A DNA stretch of 64,000 nt from Phallusia mammillata. Taxonomy: Eukaryota. The stretch is from positions 8,432,001 to 8,496,000 of the forward strand of contig OZ281501.1 of assembly GCA_965637545.1 (NCBI GenBank), given 5' to 3'. How positions within the stretch are numbered: position 1 is the stretch's first letter; every line of letters starts with the position of its first letter. The position numbers were made by a program, and so were the translations under genes. The notes under the pieces were generated by a model, which worked only from the letters and a program-made list of their open reading frames with translations, had not been told where the DNA came from and made no database searches. Positions 62,750-64,000 of the stretch are shown one piece after another.

Positions 62750-63716
62750 CAGGGGTGGCCAACCGGTCGAAGCTTAAGAGCCATATTTTTATACACATAA
62801 GCACATATGTTTAATGCCTCGTCCCTTCCTCACACACTCAGAGACCTGTGCTTAGCCAGATTTATTCTAAATGTCGCACATGCACCAACATAATAATGAC
62901 ACAATTTTTTTGACTTGTATAGAGTATAGACCACGGGTCAGTCATTTTCAACAATAAATGATTTGCACTGTCTAGCACACACAAACTCTCAATTCAACGA
63001 ATCCAACAAACAAAAACATATGAATTAAAAACCCCTTTTTTCTCATTCTATAAGTAACGTGCGGTGAGATTCATGTCTGGTGAATTGCTAAAATCTTTTT
63101 TCACCGCCATTTTGAAGATTAACTTGACAAAAATTGTGATTTTCCCTGCTGAAAAACTTTGCGGTATTTTCATCTAACGCGCATGCGCCCTAAACTAGGC
63201 GCCGAGTTTCACAAAAATGCAAAGTGGCGAAACTAAATTCATTTCGACGTCACTGATGCAATCAGCACCAACAATCGCTCAATTCAAAGCCAAGACAAAC
63301 TGCCCATAAAACATAACGTTTGCCATAACCCGAAGAACAACGGATTGAAGCATTAAATTTACTTTGGAACACATTTGTTGTAAATATTGCTGTTGCTTTG
63401 TGTCTCATTCGCATACGCAATAATGAGCAACCATTCATTGTTCAACAAATCAATATATGCCATCATAATCAAGCCATTTGCCACATAAGGTTGCAGTTTT
63501 AAGGCAAGGTTACCGTTTGTGGCCATACAGTTAATAAGTTTGTTCAAAAGCAAAATTGTTAAAGCTTTACTTCAAATTTAACTATTTTTGTACCAGATTG
63601 TCACATACTAACCAAAATATACACAGTGACCCCAAACTTCGACAACGATGTAAGAGCCGCATAAAACCAGGCGAAGAGCCGCATGCGGCTCGCGAGCCGC
63701 GGGTTGGCCACCCCTG
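62750..63716. mobile_element. Non-autonomous hAT element, copy 2 (967 bp)
   Basis: Perfect 15-bp TIRs CAGGGGTGGCCAACC / GGTTGGCCACCCCTG; perfect 8-bp TSD TGATAAAC (62742-62749, 63717-63724). Confidence 0.96.
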
Positions 63717-63932
63717 TGATAAACAGTGCAAAAAATACGTTTGTTGTATTTATTGATACGACTAATTTGAGCAAAAACTAAAAACAACCTACCGGAACTC
63801 GGGAGTCTACTACTTTACACGTCCAAACACCGATACTATTTACGTGCTTTAGCCTTTTTAATTTCTGTCAAATTGTTTTGCAAATAGGCACTTGTCACAA
63901 TGTATTCGTGTGGTTTGGACGTTTGCTGTGAC

Positions 63933-63975
63933 GGTCACCTTGCACCAAGTTTTGAGGTCACCTTGCACCAAGTTT
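63933..63975. repeat. 23-bp tandem duplication
   Basis: GGTCACCTTGCACCAAGTTT twice, period 23. Confidence 0.85.
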
Positions 63976-64000
63976 AGGCCATTGCAGTGCTTTGCAAACG

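Noticed and set aside
63933-63975. Repeat pair as a possible CRISPR-like array
   Set aside because: Only two adjacent copies with no spacer; eukaryotic context
54586-64000. Search for tensin PTP/C2 exons
   Set aside because: No HCxxGxGR-like or C2-like exon found; they must lie beyond the window

Overview
Eukaryotic genomic DNA with AT-rich introns. An invertebrate chordate, most likely an ascidian, is inferred from the very short minimal introns, chordate-type tensin motifs and strong TGACGTCA enrichment; this is not proven. Two convergent multi-exon genes are present, both reconstructed by hand from GT-AG junctions and phase arithmetic. (1) The 3' end of CCDC180/CFAP76 lies on + (9 exons, about 5-3315). 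(2) A very large tensin gene lies on - (4668 to at least 60919): 28 phase-consistent exons give about 1,900 codons ending in SH2 and PTB domains. No PTP/C2 exons were found, so they presumably lie beyond base 64000. The long tensin introns hold several Buster-type hAT MITEs with 8-bp nnnTAnnn TSDs, including two ~97-99% identical ~970-bp copies, and several candidate alternative first or cassette exons. The most interesting hypotheses are an internal first exon that would give tensin an N-terminal transmembrane anchor, a TATA/MEF2 internal promoter for a short SH2-PTB isoform, and a MITE carrying a promoter plus mini first exon in frame with the next tensin exon at both insertion sites. All isoform claims need RNA evidence. 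No tRNA, rRNA, CRISPR array or prokaryotic-type system was seen.
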